A DNA stretch of 63,804 bases, the filler included, from Reticulomyxa filosa (Eukaryota; Protista; Foraminifera), in the NCBI GenBank assembly GCA_000512085.1. It is 22 parts of 22 records of this genome, joined end to end, with 100 filler letters (N's around TTAATTAATTAA, not from the genome) between each part and the next. Parts side by side here need not be neighbours in the genome. Positions count along the whole stretch, not along the records: positions 42,774 to 53,750 come from ASPP01001013.1; positions 53,851 to 54,941 come from ASPP01036613.1; positions 55,042 to 57,490 come from ASPP01003118.1; positions 57,591 to 58,868 come from ASPP01004667.1; positions 58,969 to 60,849 come from ASPP01018633.1; positions 60,950 to 63,804 come from ASPP01026220.1; 16 more parts are not named here. One strand, written 5' to 3'. Under the pieces are notes generated by a model that was given only the letters and a program-made list of their open reading frames with translations, searched no databases and was not told the DNA's origin. Below, in pieces: positions 51,357 through 63,804 of this stretch. The first letter of the stretch is position 1. The number at the start of each line of letters is the position of its first letter. Made by a program: the position numbers and the translations under genes.

Positions 51357-53618
51357 TTAGACAGAAGTTTCAGTGAGGCCCTGGAACAAGATCCAAACAT
51401 CATTATCAATGAGATGTTTCCAAGCATTGCAGGTGGTACTGATGTCAACAACAGCACCAGAAGATCGACAAACAGGGCATTGTGGTATTTGATTATTTCC
51501 GACATCAGAGGTGACAGAATTTTTGCAACAATTATTGCATAATTGATGTCGACAAACATCACTCACACAAATGACAGAATCGGACCCTATTTCGCACAAA
51601 TGGCAAGATTTCAATTCATTGTTTGCATTGTCATCATTGTTATCATCATTACCGTTATCGTTATCATTATCATGATCAGCGTCAGCATCAGCAGCATCTC
51701 GAACAATAACACCTTGTGTAGACAGTTGCAATTGGATTTGAGTCAAAACCAAAGTCGCTTGTAGCACATCCTTTGTTAACTGTGAATTTTTTTGTTGCAA
51801 TTGTTTTATTAACATATTGCGCTCGCCAATTTGTCCAATTAATAATTCATTAAATTTTTTCAATTGATTGTTTTCTTCCATTGTTAGCTTCCATTTACTA
51901 AATATTGACTCCATTTCTTTTTTTTTTTTTTTTTTTTTTGTTATTTGTTGTTCAATTTCAATATGCTTCAAAAAAGCTTAGGGACAAGAGGGATGTGTTT
52001 ATGTACATTAACAAAGATATGGGTTTAGACAATGGTATCTGTTTGTTTGTATGTTTGTTGTTTGTTGTGTTTATTGAATTTGAACCGTCCATGACAACAC
52101 GATCGGATGAACGATACAATGCTCGTTTCAATTGATCAGTCACTGGTAGTTGTGGTATCAACTCGATCATTGTGTCGATTGTATCCTGATCTAAATTGTT
52201 TATATCCGCCAATGAATTAACTTTTTGGATTTCCAACAACTTGTCTAAAAACGTTGGCAAGTTGTTCTCCAATAACCATTTTTGCACTTCCGTCAATTCT
52301 TCGTCCGATTTTTTTTTCTTTTTCCTTTTCTTTTTCCTTTCCTTTTCCCTTTTGTCTTTCGGGTTGTTGGCTGTGTGGCTTGATGTCCTCTTTCTTCTCT
52401 TCACTCATCTTTATTTATTATATCAATGCTTTTGGTTTTTTTTCTTCCTTCTTCCTTTTCCGAAAAAGAGAATAATATTCAATGATAATATTTTGAACAC
52501 AACAAAAGGGCCTTTTTTTTTTCTCTCCTTGTTTGGAGATCAACAAAGAATTGCAACACTGTTTCCTTGTGACATATTGGACGAGCAATATTGACAGAAA
52601 AAAGAAACATACACAAATGCGGGCAAAAATGCGTAAACACAAGAAAAAAATATCCAAAAAAAAAAAAAGAATTGAAGATATGCAACATTTGTACGCAAAA
52701 CAAGACAAAGCCACAAGCAGAATGAGTATGGATTTGCTTGTTTGGACAAACTTCAAAGGTTGGAATAGAAATATGAAAAAATACAAAAAAAAGAAAAAAA
52801 TCTTGCACTTTCTTATTTTTGTAATCATTTTTTTAAAAAAATGTGGAAGAAGATTTGATAAATCAAACAAAAATCTTCCTCCTTTCAAGTGTTTGAATGG
52901 AAATAGATTGGATTAAGATTCGCCTATGCTTGGTTGATAAAAGGGCTGCACTTGACTATAATTCACAAACATGACGATCAAACGCAAATTCTTTTTTTTT
53001 TAATCGGTCAAAAAAAAAAAAAAACAAACAAACAAAACTTATTTGTATAGACAACAGGTTTGGCAGTTCGTTTTGACTTTCGTAATTGGTGGATAGAAGA
53101 TGAGCCGTTTAAAAATCCAAGAGGAGGTAATCCCTTCATATTGGGATGAATCCGATCCAAGAGAAACTCGTCGTCACTCGAATTGGAATGATTTGGGTCT
53201 ATCAGCTTTGACTTTACTTTTGACTTTGGCTTGGCCTTGGACCTTCTTTTTGTATTTGCTTTTGTTTTTTGAGGCACGTTTGCATGTGCATTGGAATGAA
53301 GTTCAGTCAGTGACAACTTGTGTGAATTATTCCGGAGTCGACGATAGTGCTGAAGCATTAAAGTCAAATCCTCTCTTAGTTCATTGTGATTGAGACCAAA
53401 GCGATACTTGTGCACTATAATAGATGATGATGATGCGTTGTGATGTGACATATTTGAAAAATGTTGTATGACAATCTGGTGGATTGCTTACATGTGTCAG
53501 CCATCAAAGGAAGAGAAACAACAAACAAACAACTTACAACACTCGGACGTGTTCTTGTTGAAATGAAGACGCGCTGTTGCGGTTGCTGTTCGAGTGATGC
53601 GGATGTTCTCAAACACAT
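51357..53618 (-). CDS. SAM-like, coiled-coil and C-terminal RING finger protein, multi-exon
   Basis: EVQKWLLENNL..FLDKL....VNSL.DI (SAM-like), Gln/Leu coiled coil, CHLC..C.H.LC..C..CPVCR (C3HC4). Confidence 0.7.
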
Positions 53619-54711
53619 TGCTTTTCCAATTTGAAAATAAATTATGTAATCTTTCGTTCATTTCGTTTCGATCGATTGTTGGCGTTCGACGAATCCGAAT
53701 TTTTATTGACTGTTGCCAACTATTCTTATTCTTCTTGTTATTATTATTATNNNNNNNNNNNNNNNNNNNNNNNNNNNNNNNNNNNNNNNNNNNNTTAATT
53801 AATTAANNNNNNNNNNNNNNNNNNNNNNNNNNNNNNNNNNNNNNNNNNNNGCGCATTCATGAGCTATAAATTTTTAAAAAACACATCAATGGTGGTCATT
53901 TCCATGGCATGTTATCATCAGAACATGATACAACGGTTCGACCGTCTGAAAAATATTTTGCATCGTTCACAACATCTAGATGTCCATTCAATGTTATTAT
54001 ATAACATGATATAATATATTTATTATATAGACAGCATTTTCCATATACTATGTCTAAAATATAATTCACATCGTTTTAATTTTTCATTATCTAAATATAA
54101 TGGAGCGTTCTGCTATTAAATAATAAATGTGTCATCATTATTATAAATTTGTACAATATACGTTTCATTTTTTGGAAATGCATGTATTATATATGATTTC
54201 TAAATCTATCTCTATTTCTTTCTTAATACAAGTTTGAATTATATCAATGTTAAGTCCCAAAAAAAAAGCTACGCTCAGGGTAGTCCAACATAACAAAATT
54301 TCATCAACAAAGCACGTTTTCATTTGCTGTCTTACGAAATGAAAAACAAAACAACAATTAAAGCTTGCTTACGAAGCCTTTTATCTTTCCAAATAAAATA
54401 AACAAAATTTATTTAATCCCTAAAATATGAAATTGAAATGACTCTTGAGAAAAAAAAAAAACTAGTTAACAAATAACAATTTGACTTGCTGGCATTTGAT
54501 CATCTTCTGTCAATGCAGTTTCAATAACAATAATGCCATTTATAATCAATTATTGGGTTATCTTTCACATATTCTCAAAAAAGTATTATGCAAAAAATTT
54601 AATTTTACTTTTGTTGATAATTATCACAGCAAAAACAAAAAAAAGGTTTGACTGATAAATGCAATAGGTCAATACTTGCTGTCCGTTTACCAATCGCTAA
54701 TGGCTTCAGTG

Positions 54712-54864
54712 CCAACTGCCGATAAAAAAAAAAGCAAATAAAGGGAAAATCAAAAAAGAAAAAAATGAATAAGGCGGCGCCCCAGGAACATAGTGGCGCG
54801 GCCCAATTCATTCTTTTCTTTTTGATTTTGTCTTTATTTGCTTTTTTTTTAAAACGCCACTTGG
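54712..54864. repeat. Imperfect ~70-bp-arm inverted repeat (fold-back element)
   Basis: The left arm ...aaagcaaataaagggaaaatcaaaaaagaaaaaaatgaataaggcggcgcc matches the reverse complement of the right arm (aaagcaaataaagacaaaatcaaaaagaaaagaatgaattgggccgcgcc). Loop about 13 nt. Confidence 0.9.
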
Positions 54865-55324
54865 TTGGGTTGTGTGATGTTTAGCCTTGGAGTACTGTAA
54901 TGGGTATAAAAGGACCTAAGTATTGATAACAACATTAAAATNNNNNNNNNNNNNNNNNNNNNNNNNNNNNNNNNNNNNNNNNNNNTTAATTAATTAANNN
55001 NNNNNNNNNNNNNNNNNNNNNNNNNNNNNNNNNNNNNNNNNGAAAATAATTTTCCGATTACCCAAATTTTCATTTTTTTTATTAAATGAAGAAACGTTTT
55101 GTCGACGTCCAAACTTAAACAAAAAAAGGGGTAAAAAAAAGTTGAAAAAAAAACTGAAATCTTTTAAATCTTTTAAAAAAAAAAAAAAACTATTCATTTC
55201 TTCCTTCATCAGAGAATGGCAAGATCCAAAGTAAAAAAGAATGAAGTTAAATGATTTTTTTTTGTTTATATAAAAAAAAAAAATATATGTACATATATAG
55301 AAGTTAAAAGATTTTGAGACTTTT

Positions 55325-56298
55325 ATGAATAAGTTAATTCGAAAAGATATTATTGTTGGACATAAAATGAGTGTAAATTGCATCGATTATTACAATGCAA
55401 CGCTTTATTCTGGATCGCGAGATATGTCATTTTGTATATGGGACATATTTGAAAAAAAATTACAAATCAAATATAATACATGTTATGATTCTATTACTGG
55501 CATAAAATATTCAAAATATCATTATTTGCACAAAAGAGAAGATACTGCCATAATGTCTTATGGCAATTATATTAGTATTTATGATATTAAAAGTAAAAAG
55601 ATATCAGAATCATGTAAATTATCTAGATATGGTGTACATGATATAGCAATATCATCATTTAATGATGGTCAATATGTATGTGCTGCTACTTTTGATAAAA
55701 ATATCAAATTAGTAAACTTAGTTACAAAAAAAATTAGTCAATTTGATGGGCATATGGGAAGTGTATGGTCAATAGACTTCTCTCCATTGAATACGAAAGA
55801 AAGTTCAATTTTTTCTGGTACATGCTATGACATATGCTCTGGATCAAATGACTGAATTGCATCATTTGGGATATTGAAACGACAAAACAAAAAGTAGTAT
55901 TCAAAGGACATGAGGGAAATGTATTAAATGTAAGATATCCATCTTGTGGACCAAATATTAATGAATTTGCAGCAACAATAATATCAGGGTCCAGTGATAA
56001 GACAATGCGTTTATGGGATGTTCGATCTGGAACACAAATTTGTGTTTTCAAAGGACATCAGCATTTTGTAACTGCTGTTGAATATATTCCATATTTTAAT
56101 AATGTGATTGATGGTGGTTGTGTAATATGTTCAGCGTCAGCAGATGAACATATATTCTTTTGGGATATTGGAATGAATAAAATACTTAATAAAATAAAGG
56201 CAAATAGTGGAATACGTTGTATGAAATTATTGGGATCAAATAAAGGATCTGAAATTTGCTGTGGTTTCGATGATGGAAAAATAATAATTTTTGGATAA
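55325..56298 (+). pseudogene. Intronless WD40-repeat gene with a 1-nt frameshift
   Basis: GH...SGS.D....WD repeats. At ~55853-55857, GSND is followed by TGAAT and then CIIWDIET..FKGHEG in another frame that continues into ORF 56005..56298. Confidence 0.8.
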
Positions 56299-57437
56299 TT
56301 ATATTCAATTTATGATTTTCTTTTTTAAAAAAATCAAAGGTTGTTTTTATCTTTTGCATATAATAGCCCACAAAGGGTTATGCATTATTATTCTTGTTCT
56401 TTAACACTTTTTTTACACACCCTTTCTTGGGGTATTAGATATTTTCCGTTACAATTAAAAAAAAAGAAATATTGAGTTTTTTTCAGTGCGCCTTGCGGTA
56501 CGTTGTTTTCCTTTTTTTTGTTGAAACTTCCTGCAGAATGTTACTGTGTTATTCAATTGACGTGTGTAAACTATTGTTGATGAATTATACTCGTAGAGTA
56601 CTCTATATTTTTAATTTTTCTCATTCTGTTAAGCCGTTGCCTTCAGTTCTTTTGCCACAAGATCTTGGCACGAAAGTTTACAACACCTAATCGAAACTGT
56701 GTCGAAATGAAAAAGCAAATCTTCCTTTTACATATATTTCTCTTTTATGTGTCACTTTAAATGGTTCCAGACTACTTTGAGATTATTTGATTATATCTGT
56801 TGATAATGCCACGAGTTTTCTGTATTATAGTGCTTCTATCATAAAACATAAGATGCAGAATGTTCTAAATGTGAAATAGTCTTATCAACAAAAATGTGGC
56901 AAAGAGAAAGCTTTGCTAACTTGTCATTGGCAAATCCAACGTGTTTGTGTTTTTTTTTTCAAACAGAAGATCCAGATGTTTCAGTTTTCTAGATGTTACC
57001 ACGCATGTTTTCCTTCATCATTTCATTCCGATTGAGAACGACTTGTTTATTTGCTTCTTTATGTCTTTTTTTTCAAATTCTTTTGTAAAATTCCATTGTA
57101 ACTATTAGTTATTTTTTAATTTGTCTTTATTGTATTAGTTCCTTGTTTTATCAGTTTTACAATAGCATTGTTTTATACAATGTTTTCAATTGATAAATCA
57201 AAAGTTATTTTTACTTAACAGAAATTATTTTCCATATTTCAAATATGTCTAGGTTCTGTTGGTCACATAAAAAAAAAGTATTTGGTTTCAAATTAAATTG
57301 AAATAACCAGAATTCAGAAACAAATTTTTTGAAGCTTTTAAGTTTCAAGCTTGAGTTTTTACTTACAACTTTTCCTTGTCTTTTTCCCTTGAGTTTGTTA
57401 TCTATCATATTCTCCAGTTCTAAAGCAAAAAAAAAAA

Positions 57438-57490
57438 TGGCTCATGATGGACATGGCGGACATGGTAGTGGTGATAGTAGCAAAAAAAAA
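57438..57490 (+). CDS. Gene start with His/Gly-rich N-terminus (MAHDGHGGHGSG); truncated
   Basis: ATG after an A-run; only about 17 codons before the linker. Confidence 0.4.
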
Positions 57491-57590
57491 NNNNNNNNNN
57501 NNNNNNNNNNNNNNNNNNNNNNNNNNNNNNNNNNTTAATTAATTAANNNNNNNNNNNNNNNNNNNNNNNNNNNNNNNNNNNNNNNNNNNN

Positions 57591-57985
57591 GGAGCAAGTG
57601 GTAATCGCAAAGCAAGTGGAACAGCGCCGGAAAACACTGGGATTGACATGTGCGACTACATTAGCAGATGCTTCTGGTAACTACTGGCACGAAACAAGCA
57701 AGTTCCCAAAAGTGGTGACCGAAGAAACGACACTGAACAATAATGGTCAAGAAACAAGCAATGATGGCACACTGTCAAATAATAATAAGTTGACCCCTCC
57801 TCCCAAAGTAATAGCACAAGACAACTACCTCCCAAATCCATGACAAATGCGAAGATGTATTTCTTCTTCCTGTCAACTGTGCCACTGATGACGAGAGCGA
57901 CGTTGACAATGTCAACACTAGTGTGGCCACTGCAGATGACCATCATCAAGACGGTGATGCGAATATTAACCACAAGGCCAACGAC

Positions 57986-58017
<32 letters not shown>

Positions 58018-58868
58018 CAATCGCAAACTGAGTGAAGAGCTCAAAGGTTTTCATTTCGACCACGAGTGGGCCAACGACGAGCGCACCGATCCATTGAATT
58101 TGTACGTATAATGACGGGCTTCAACCCAACTCACCTTTTTGTTCCCGTTGAATTTTTTTTTGACTACAATTGTTTTTCAAAAAAAAAAAAAAAAAAAAAA
58201 ACTACACACACGCATGGAGGGGTACACTGACATCCACGCAATAACATAAACGTATAATGTTTCATCGTTGCTTATGTAATGTTTGAACAAATTGCCCAAT
58301 GCGATGTTAAATGTGTATGATGTGACCAATACCCAAAAAAAACATATATAAATAAATATATACATATATATTTATGTGTATGTACATACCATATGTATAC
58401 ATATATGTGTGACTATTTTGTCCAAATAATAGACAAAGAAGATGAAATGGACAGCGACGATGGAGAAGCCAACAACAACAACAACAACAACAGCGAAAGC
58501 GACAGCGCTATGAAAAAAAAAGAGCTGTGAGAGCAGTGTCGACTACAGCAGTCACGACAGCCAAAGTAAGTGCCATGAAGTCAAAGCCAAAGCCAACGAC
58601 AAAGGCAAAGAAACCAGTATCGGCACGTGACAGGCTGCGCTTGTTACAAAGCGTGAGTACAGATTGCCATTATTTGGGCACGCAACAAGCACGTGTCATT
58701 CGCAGTGCCACCGGTTCTTGCGACATATAACAACAATACCAATGGCATTGCACAATTGGGGGATACATGCCTCCTCCTCCTCCTCCTCCAAGCCATTACC
58801 GTTGATCGATATCAAGTCCAAACCAAAATGCAATAAAAAAAATGCGGTCGTTGTTCTTGCAGCAGATC
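57591..58868 (+). CDS. Low-complexity hypothetical protein fragment (frameshifted or multi-exon)
   Basis: Several short + strand frames with Asn/Asp tracts and an intron-like AT-rich gap at ~58105-58432. Confidence 0.35.
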
Positions 58869-58968
58869 NNNNNNNNNNNNNNNNNNNNNNNNNNNNNNNN
58901 NNNNNNNNNNNNTTAATTAATTAANNNNNNNNNNNNNNNNNNNNNNNNNNNNNNNNNNNNNNNNNNNN

Positions 58969-59005
<37 letters not shown>

Positions 59006-59031
59006 AAACAATAAAATACACATAATAAAAA

Positions 59032-60497
59032 ATGAAGAAAAAATCGAAACTACTTCCCGTTCCAGAAAACATAAGACAAGTATGGGATGAAATGAAGCGA
59101 ATGGCGAACAACAAAGAGTTTGAAGAACTGAGCGTGATCGAAGAGCCCGAGTTCAAAAACGCTCTGTACAAATCGTTCCTGCGCATTGAAGCGCTCGAAG
59201 GCAGCTACATTCAAAAAAGGAAGCAGGGATACGACAAACTAATGGCGACGCAATTACCTCCGTCTTCCACTGGAGGCGTCGCAGACAACGTCAGTGCTTC
59301 CATCTCTGTCGTTGAAGTCAATCCAATTGACAATGATAGTTATAATGATAATAACAATGACAATGGTAATGACAATGACAATGAAAAAAAGGATGCTTCT
59401 TTCAGTGATAGCAAACCCATTCGAGTTATTCTTTTTTTTAAAAAAAAAAAAAAACAAACAAACTCAAACTATATAAAATACACAAATACACAAATATACA
59501 AATGAATCACATATACTCATAAATTCATAAATAATGCGAATGCGAATGCAAATGCAAAAGCCAAGAACATTGTCAGTCTCTCCCAAAGCGGAACGAGAAA
59601 TGGTCAGTCCCTTGCTGGAAGTGATATTCGAAATGGTCAAGTCTTGCGTGACAGAAAACTTACCGCTGTCGTCTGGTCATTCCAAGCCGCTCTGTATGGC
59701 ATATCTCACGCAAGAGTATATCGACCAAACCATTGCAATGCTCGAGTACGACCCCGTTCACTTCTTGTTTGACGGCAAGACCACAAACTACAGCGACTGT
59801 CCATGGTTCGGAACCAAGTCGGAAGACCAGTTCCACGTGCCAAAATTGCGATTCAAACATCGGAAATATATCCACGAGTTTTGTTTCAGTCTTTCAAAAA
59901 AAAAAAGGGGGGGGGGGGGGACACAAACTAAATAAATAAATATATACATATATATGTATATATTTATTTATTTACTTTTTTGTATATGTATGTATGTATG
60001 TGTGTGTGTGTGCACTTGCAACTTCACAATAAGGGCCAAGCCACAAAGACTGCCGGGCGATCTGCATCCAGAAGACGCAGACGAGTTGTACGAAAACATC
60101 GAATATCTCTTCAAATTGACGTACTTGAGGGACTGTATTCTGTTAGGATTCTTGGAGGATCCGATGGTAATCACCAACCTAATTAATGCGAAGTCGGTCA
60201 CTATCTTAGAAAGAATTTCCAAAGACGCCACTTTTTTGCACAAGTTTTTCCACGAGCTAAAGAAGAGTTGTTTGGTCGTTTCCACGAAAAGTGAAGAGAC
60301 GAGTGCCAAGTCTGCTGTCGATAACAATGCCTTTGCCACGCCGGAAAAGTTGCCCGAGCCCAACCTCGACGAAAGCAGCAGCCAAGATGTTGCCAGCGAT
60401 TCTGTTTTGTCCGACATGGTTCTCACTCCAACAACTAATGTCATTTCGAGAGATGGCAGTGACCCCAATAGCCAAACGTACATCACACATTATCTTC

Positions 60498-60533
<36 letters not shown>

Positions 60534-60849
60534 GGAAGATATATTAGATGTTGTTGCATCTAATCTCTTTCTTTGGTGTGTGTATACGTAGCATCTTTTG
60601 CCGTTCGGATGAACATAAAAGTCCAATTGCAAACGTGATCACTTCAGGACACAAGAATGCCATGGCCACAGATCCAAATACTTCAAGTGCTTCCAAAGTT
60701 GCATGCCTGCATGTTGTGTCTTGTGTAGTATGTGTGTTATGTAAAAGAGAAACAAATAGAAAGGGAGGAGAGTCTTACCTTGCAATTTGGACTTCATCTT
60801 CCTCAGTCAATCAAAACTTTTTTTTTTCAAAAAAAAAAAAAAAAAGGAG
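59032..60849 (+). CDS. PP4 regulatory subunit 3 (SMK-1/Psy2 domain)-like fragment
   Basis: IAMLEYDP...KHRKYI and I...FKLTYLRD.IL..FLED...I......I...I..D..FL..FF follow the SMK-1 pattern. Confidence 0.7.
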
Positions 60850-60949
60850 NNNNNNNNNNNNNNNNNNNNNNNNNNNNNNNNNNNNNNNNNNNNTTAATTA
60901 ATTAANNNNNNNNNNNNNNNNNNNNNNNNNNNNNNNNNNNNNNNNNNNN

Positions 60950-61705
60950 GATAGAGATAGAGATAGAGATAGAGATAGAGATAGAGATAGAGACAAAGAC
61001 AGAGACAGAGATAGAGACAGAGACAAAGAGAGAGATAAATATAGAGAAAGAGACAGAAATAGAAACAAAAATGTCGATAAAACAGATGAAAAAGATAAAA
61101 AGAAGGAACAAGACAGAAAAGAAAATAAAGACAAGGAAAGAGATAGAGATAGGGATAGAGATAGAGATAGAGAAAGAGACAGAAATAGAGATAGAGACAG
61201 AAATAGAGATAGAGAAAGAGACAGAGATAGAGGCACAGATAGAGACAGAGGCAGAGAAGATGTGTGCGACGTGCAACATGAAACAATGATGGAATTTAGA
61301 AACCACGTGAATGTGGGATTTGGTAGAGAGGAGAGAAATGAGAATGGTCATTTCATTGAACGTGGCGATCCATATTTTCCTTGGGGAACTATCTGTATGG
61401 ATAAAAGAGATATACACTTTAATAACACTGAAAGACAATGGGATGTTAATGCCGCTCGTTGGGATTTCTATGAAAACAAAAATGGTCAAGAAAATGAAAA
61501 AATATACAAAAATGAACGCAATGAAGGAATAAAAGATGAACGAATGATAACCAAGAATGTCAACCAACACGATTGGGGAGGTTATTATGGTGATCGCAAT
61601 CAGTTTGGAAGGTCTCCTCAACGCAACACTGACCATACAAAGACCGAGCAAACAAACAAAGAAAAGAAAATTAATAAACATGGAAAAGCTTATCATCGGA
61701 AATAA
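60950..61705 (+). CDS. C-terminus of an Arg/Asp (RD) dipeptide-repeat protein
   Basis: (GATAGA)n reads DRDRDR without stops from 60950, in frame with ORF 61262..61705. Variants (GAC AGA, GAT AGG, GAC AAA) conserve the alternating charge. Confidence 0.65.
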   Translation, partial: DRDRDRDRDRDRDRDKDRDRDRDRDKERDKYRERDRNRNKNVDKTDEKDKKKEQDRKENKDKERDRDRDRDRDRERDRNRDRDRNRDRERDRDRGTDRDRGREDVCDVQHETMMEFRNHVNVGFGREERNENGHFIERGDPYFPWGTICMDKRDIHFNNTERQWDVNAARWDFYENKNGQENEKIYKNERNEGIKDERMITKNVNQHDWGGYYGDRNQFGRSPQRNTDHTKTEQTNKEKKINKHGKAYHRK

Positions 61706-62598
61706 TCCATCAAAGCCCTACAGTGGTGATTCACATTCACTAACTTGATGACATTGTGGAATTTGGCTATGTGCTTTTATTGTTTGTTGTTTTATCTTTA
61801 GTTTTGTCCTTTTTCCCCTCTTCCATCTCTCCATTGTCAAAAAAAACTGCTCTGCGTTTGTACACTACATGTTCCACGGAAAAAGGTCAAAGAAAAATTG
61901 GCTTCTAACCGTGTTGTGATTGCGTAAGAGAAAAATGACAGAAGAATAACAAATAGATACAAAGTGCTTGTGGTCTATTTGTTTTTCCCTCCTTGACAAT
62001 AAGCAATAATTATTTGCATTTTCGCTTTATGGACAAAAGCTGTTTTTTTTGTTTTGTTATACAGTGTAATTTATATTGCAAATGAAATTCGTAAATACCA
62101 TTTTGTTTTGAATGTGCGCAAAGGAAAGTCATCGACATGTTTATCGTTTTGTTGTTATGAAGGTTTTAATTCTTAATGAAAAAGTATTAAAAATGATGGA
62201 CGTCAAAACAAAACATACAACAAACAAAAAAAAACTGGGCAAATCCAAGAGAAAAATCAAAATTCTTCAAATCTTTCACTTGGCCTACAAAGCAATACTG
62301 TTTCTGTTTTTTCAATGTCGTCTTTTTTGACACAACTGAGAGAAAAACAATCACTTCAAATCAATGGGTTTCGAATGGGTTATAAACAAGGAAAAAAGAC
62401 AAAATGTAAAGAAAGGGATGACACACAAACAAGTGTTTTGTTTTGTGCGTTCAATTTAAACAAACAAGAACAAGAAGTTGAAAAAGGAAGAAAAAAAAAG
62501 CGTTTGATATTTGTAAGCGCAAATATCAGTTCTTTTTTCATACGAAAGAAACTAAAAAATAAAAATAGTAAAAAGAGCTCTATTAATTAATTTTTTTT

Positions 62599-63716
62599 TC
62601 ACTGTGTTTTACCAAGCAATTTGTCTCTGGCCTTCAAAATGACCATTCTATGAACGTGTTTGGTGATTTCAATTTCTTGAAGCATTTTGTCATCCAATGC
62701 TTCTAAGATCCCACCGTCAATGGCTATATATTTACACACATACGTACCCATTAAATCAAAAAAAAAAAAAATTATAAAAGTGTCAAAGTACTTTATTTGT
62801 ATTATGTTGTCAAGAATAGGAAGTATGTAGTTTGAAGTGTGAATATCTGGGAAAGCACACCATACCATTCTTTTCAAAATTGGCAGCATAATCGACATAA
62901 GCATCGCCAAGAGACACAATCCAGCGAATGCAGTCTTGTTTGGTCCACTGTGTAATTTTGGGAAAGGTGGTGACAGACTTGACAGAGGAATTGGATCGTG
63001 ATGACGATTGTGCATTGGATTCATCGTATAACATCTGTGCGGACGAGTCAACATCGGGTTGTGTGACTATTCCATTTGTTTGATGAGTAGCGTTATTTGC
63101 AGTGGCATTTGTGTCGTCGTCGTCGCGAGTATTGGAATGGTCAGTATTGACTATGGCAATAGCAGGGGAAGTAGGAGACGCAGTGACGGCAGTAGTCGGT
63201 GCATTGATCAAATTATGGTCAAATATGGCGTGGTTTGCAGTGTGATCAGAGGAGTCATCGCGATTGATAGTGGGCCTTGCGTGCGTTGCTGCGGAGATGA
63301 GAGGCACATGAGTAATTTTGTCATTGTGAGATTTGACATCGTTGGCTAATTCCAATTTATTTACTTTTTCCACAAAAAACCTGCCCATTTGATGAGGGGT
63401 TCCAGGATTTGTATCCTCATCAAAACGAGAGTCCGAGTGGCTCAATTCTTCTCGTGGCGTTGCAGGAGGAGAACGCTCCTGATCATTTTTGTTGGGTACA
63501 CTTTCGCTCTGCTCACACAACCATGCATTTTCCAAAACTACTTTGACTTTTGTTGTTACATTTTTAAAATAATCCCAGTGCACGTTATTTCAACAAAAGA
63601 GGGAGGAGGTGTGTGCATTAAGGAATAAACACGAATACAAACACAAACACAAAATACAACAAAATTACTTGAGAAGGTCTGGATACTTTAAATCTTCCTA
63701 AAACTTTCGCTTGCTA
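62599..63716 (-). CDS. Protein with a C-terminal SAM domain; 5'-truncated
   Basis: WTKQDCIRWIVSLGDAYVDYAANFEKN|AIDGGILEALDDKMLQEIEITKHVHRMVIL across a phase-1 intron at ~62724-62865. Confidence 0.85.
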
Positions 63717-63764
63717 CAATTGCACATACATATGCATATAAATTACGTGCATACACATTTATAG

Positions 63765-63804
<40 letters not shown>

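Noticed and set aside
1255-60949. Regularly recurring TTAATTAATTAA as a CRISPR repeat or biological motif
   Set aside because: It is always embedded in exactly 44+44 Ns, so it is an artificial six-frame-stop linker.

Overview
This is not one locus. It is a concatenation of 22 short contigs joined by 21 identical artificial 100-bp linkers (44 N + TTAATTAATTAA + 44 N), so nothing can be inferred from adjacency across a linker. Twenty-one contigs come from an AT-rich, intron-containing, microsatellite-rich protist. Gene content and style suggest a foraminiferan such as Reticulomyxa (inference). One contig (36531-39727) is GC-rich and bacterial: a TonB-dependent receptor plus an NtaA/DmoA-type flavin monooxygenase with a candidate sigma54 promoter. 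Recognisable eukaryotic genes: an RNF213-like C-terminal fragment with an RZ finger, a >2,200-aa VLIG/GB1-type GTPase-Cys/His-repeat-vWA protein, an EDR2-C (DUF1336) protein, a cellular RNA-dependent RNA polymerase, WS/DGAT, ketohexokinase-like kinase, RsuA-type pseudouridine synthase, RlmN radical SAM enzyme, a degenerate SDR, CYFIP/Sra1, a multi-pass membrane protein, a CDK7-like kinase, SAM/RING proteins, a WD40 (pseudo)gene and a PP4R3/SMK-1 fragment. The most interesting signals are animal-like cell-autonomous-immunity modules carrying single-base changes at key catalytic residues, a ~150-bp fold-back hairpin, and the bacterial uptake/monooxygenase unit. All assignments come from motifs read by eye; no database search was run.
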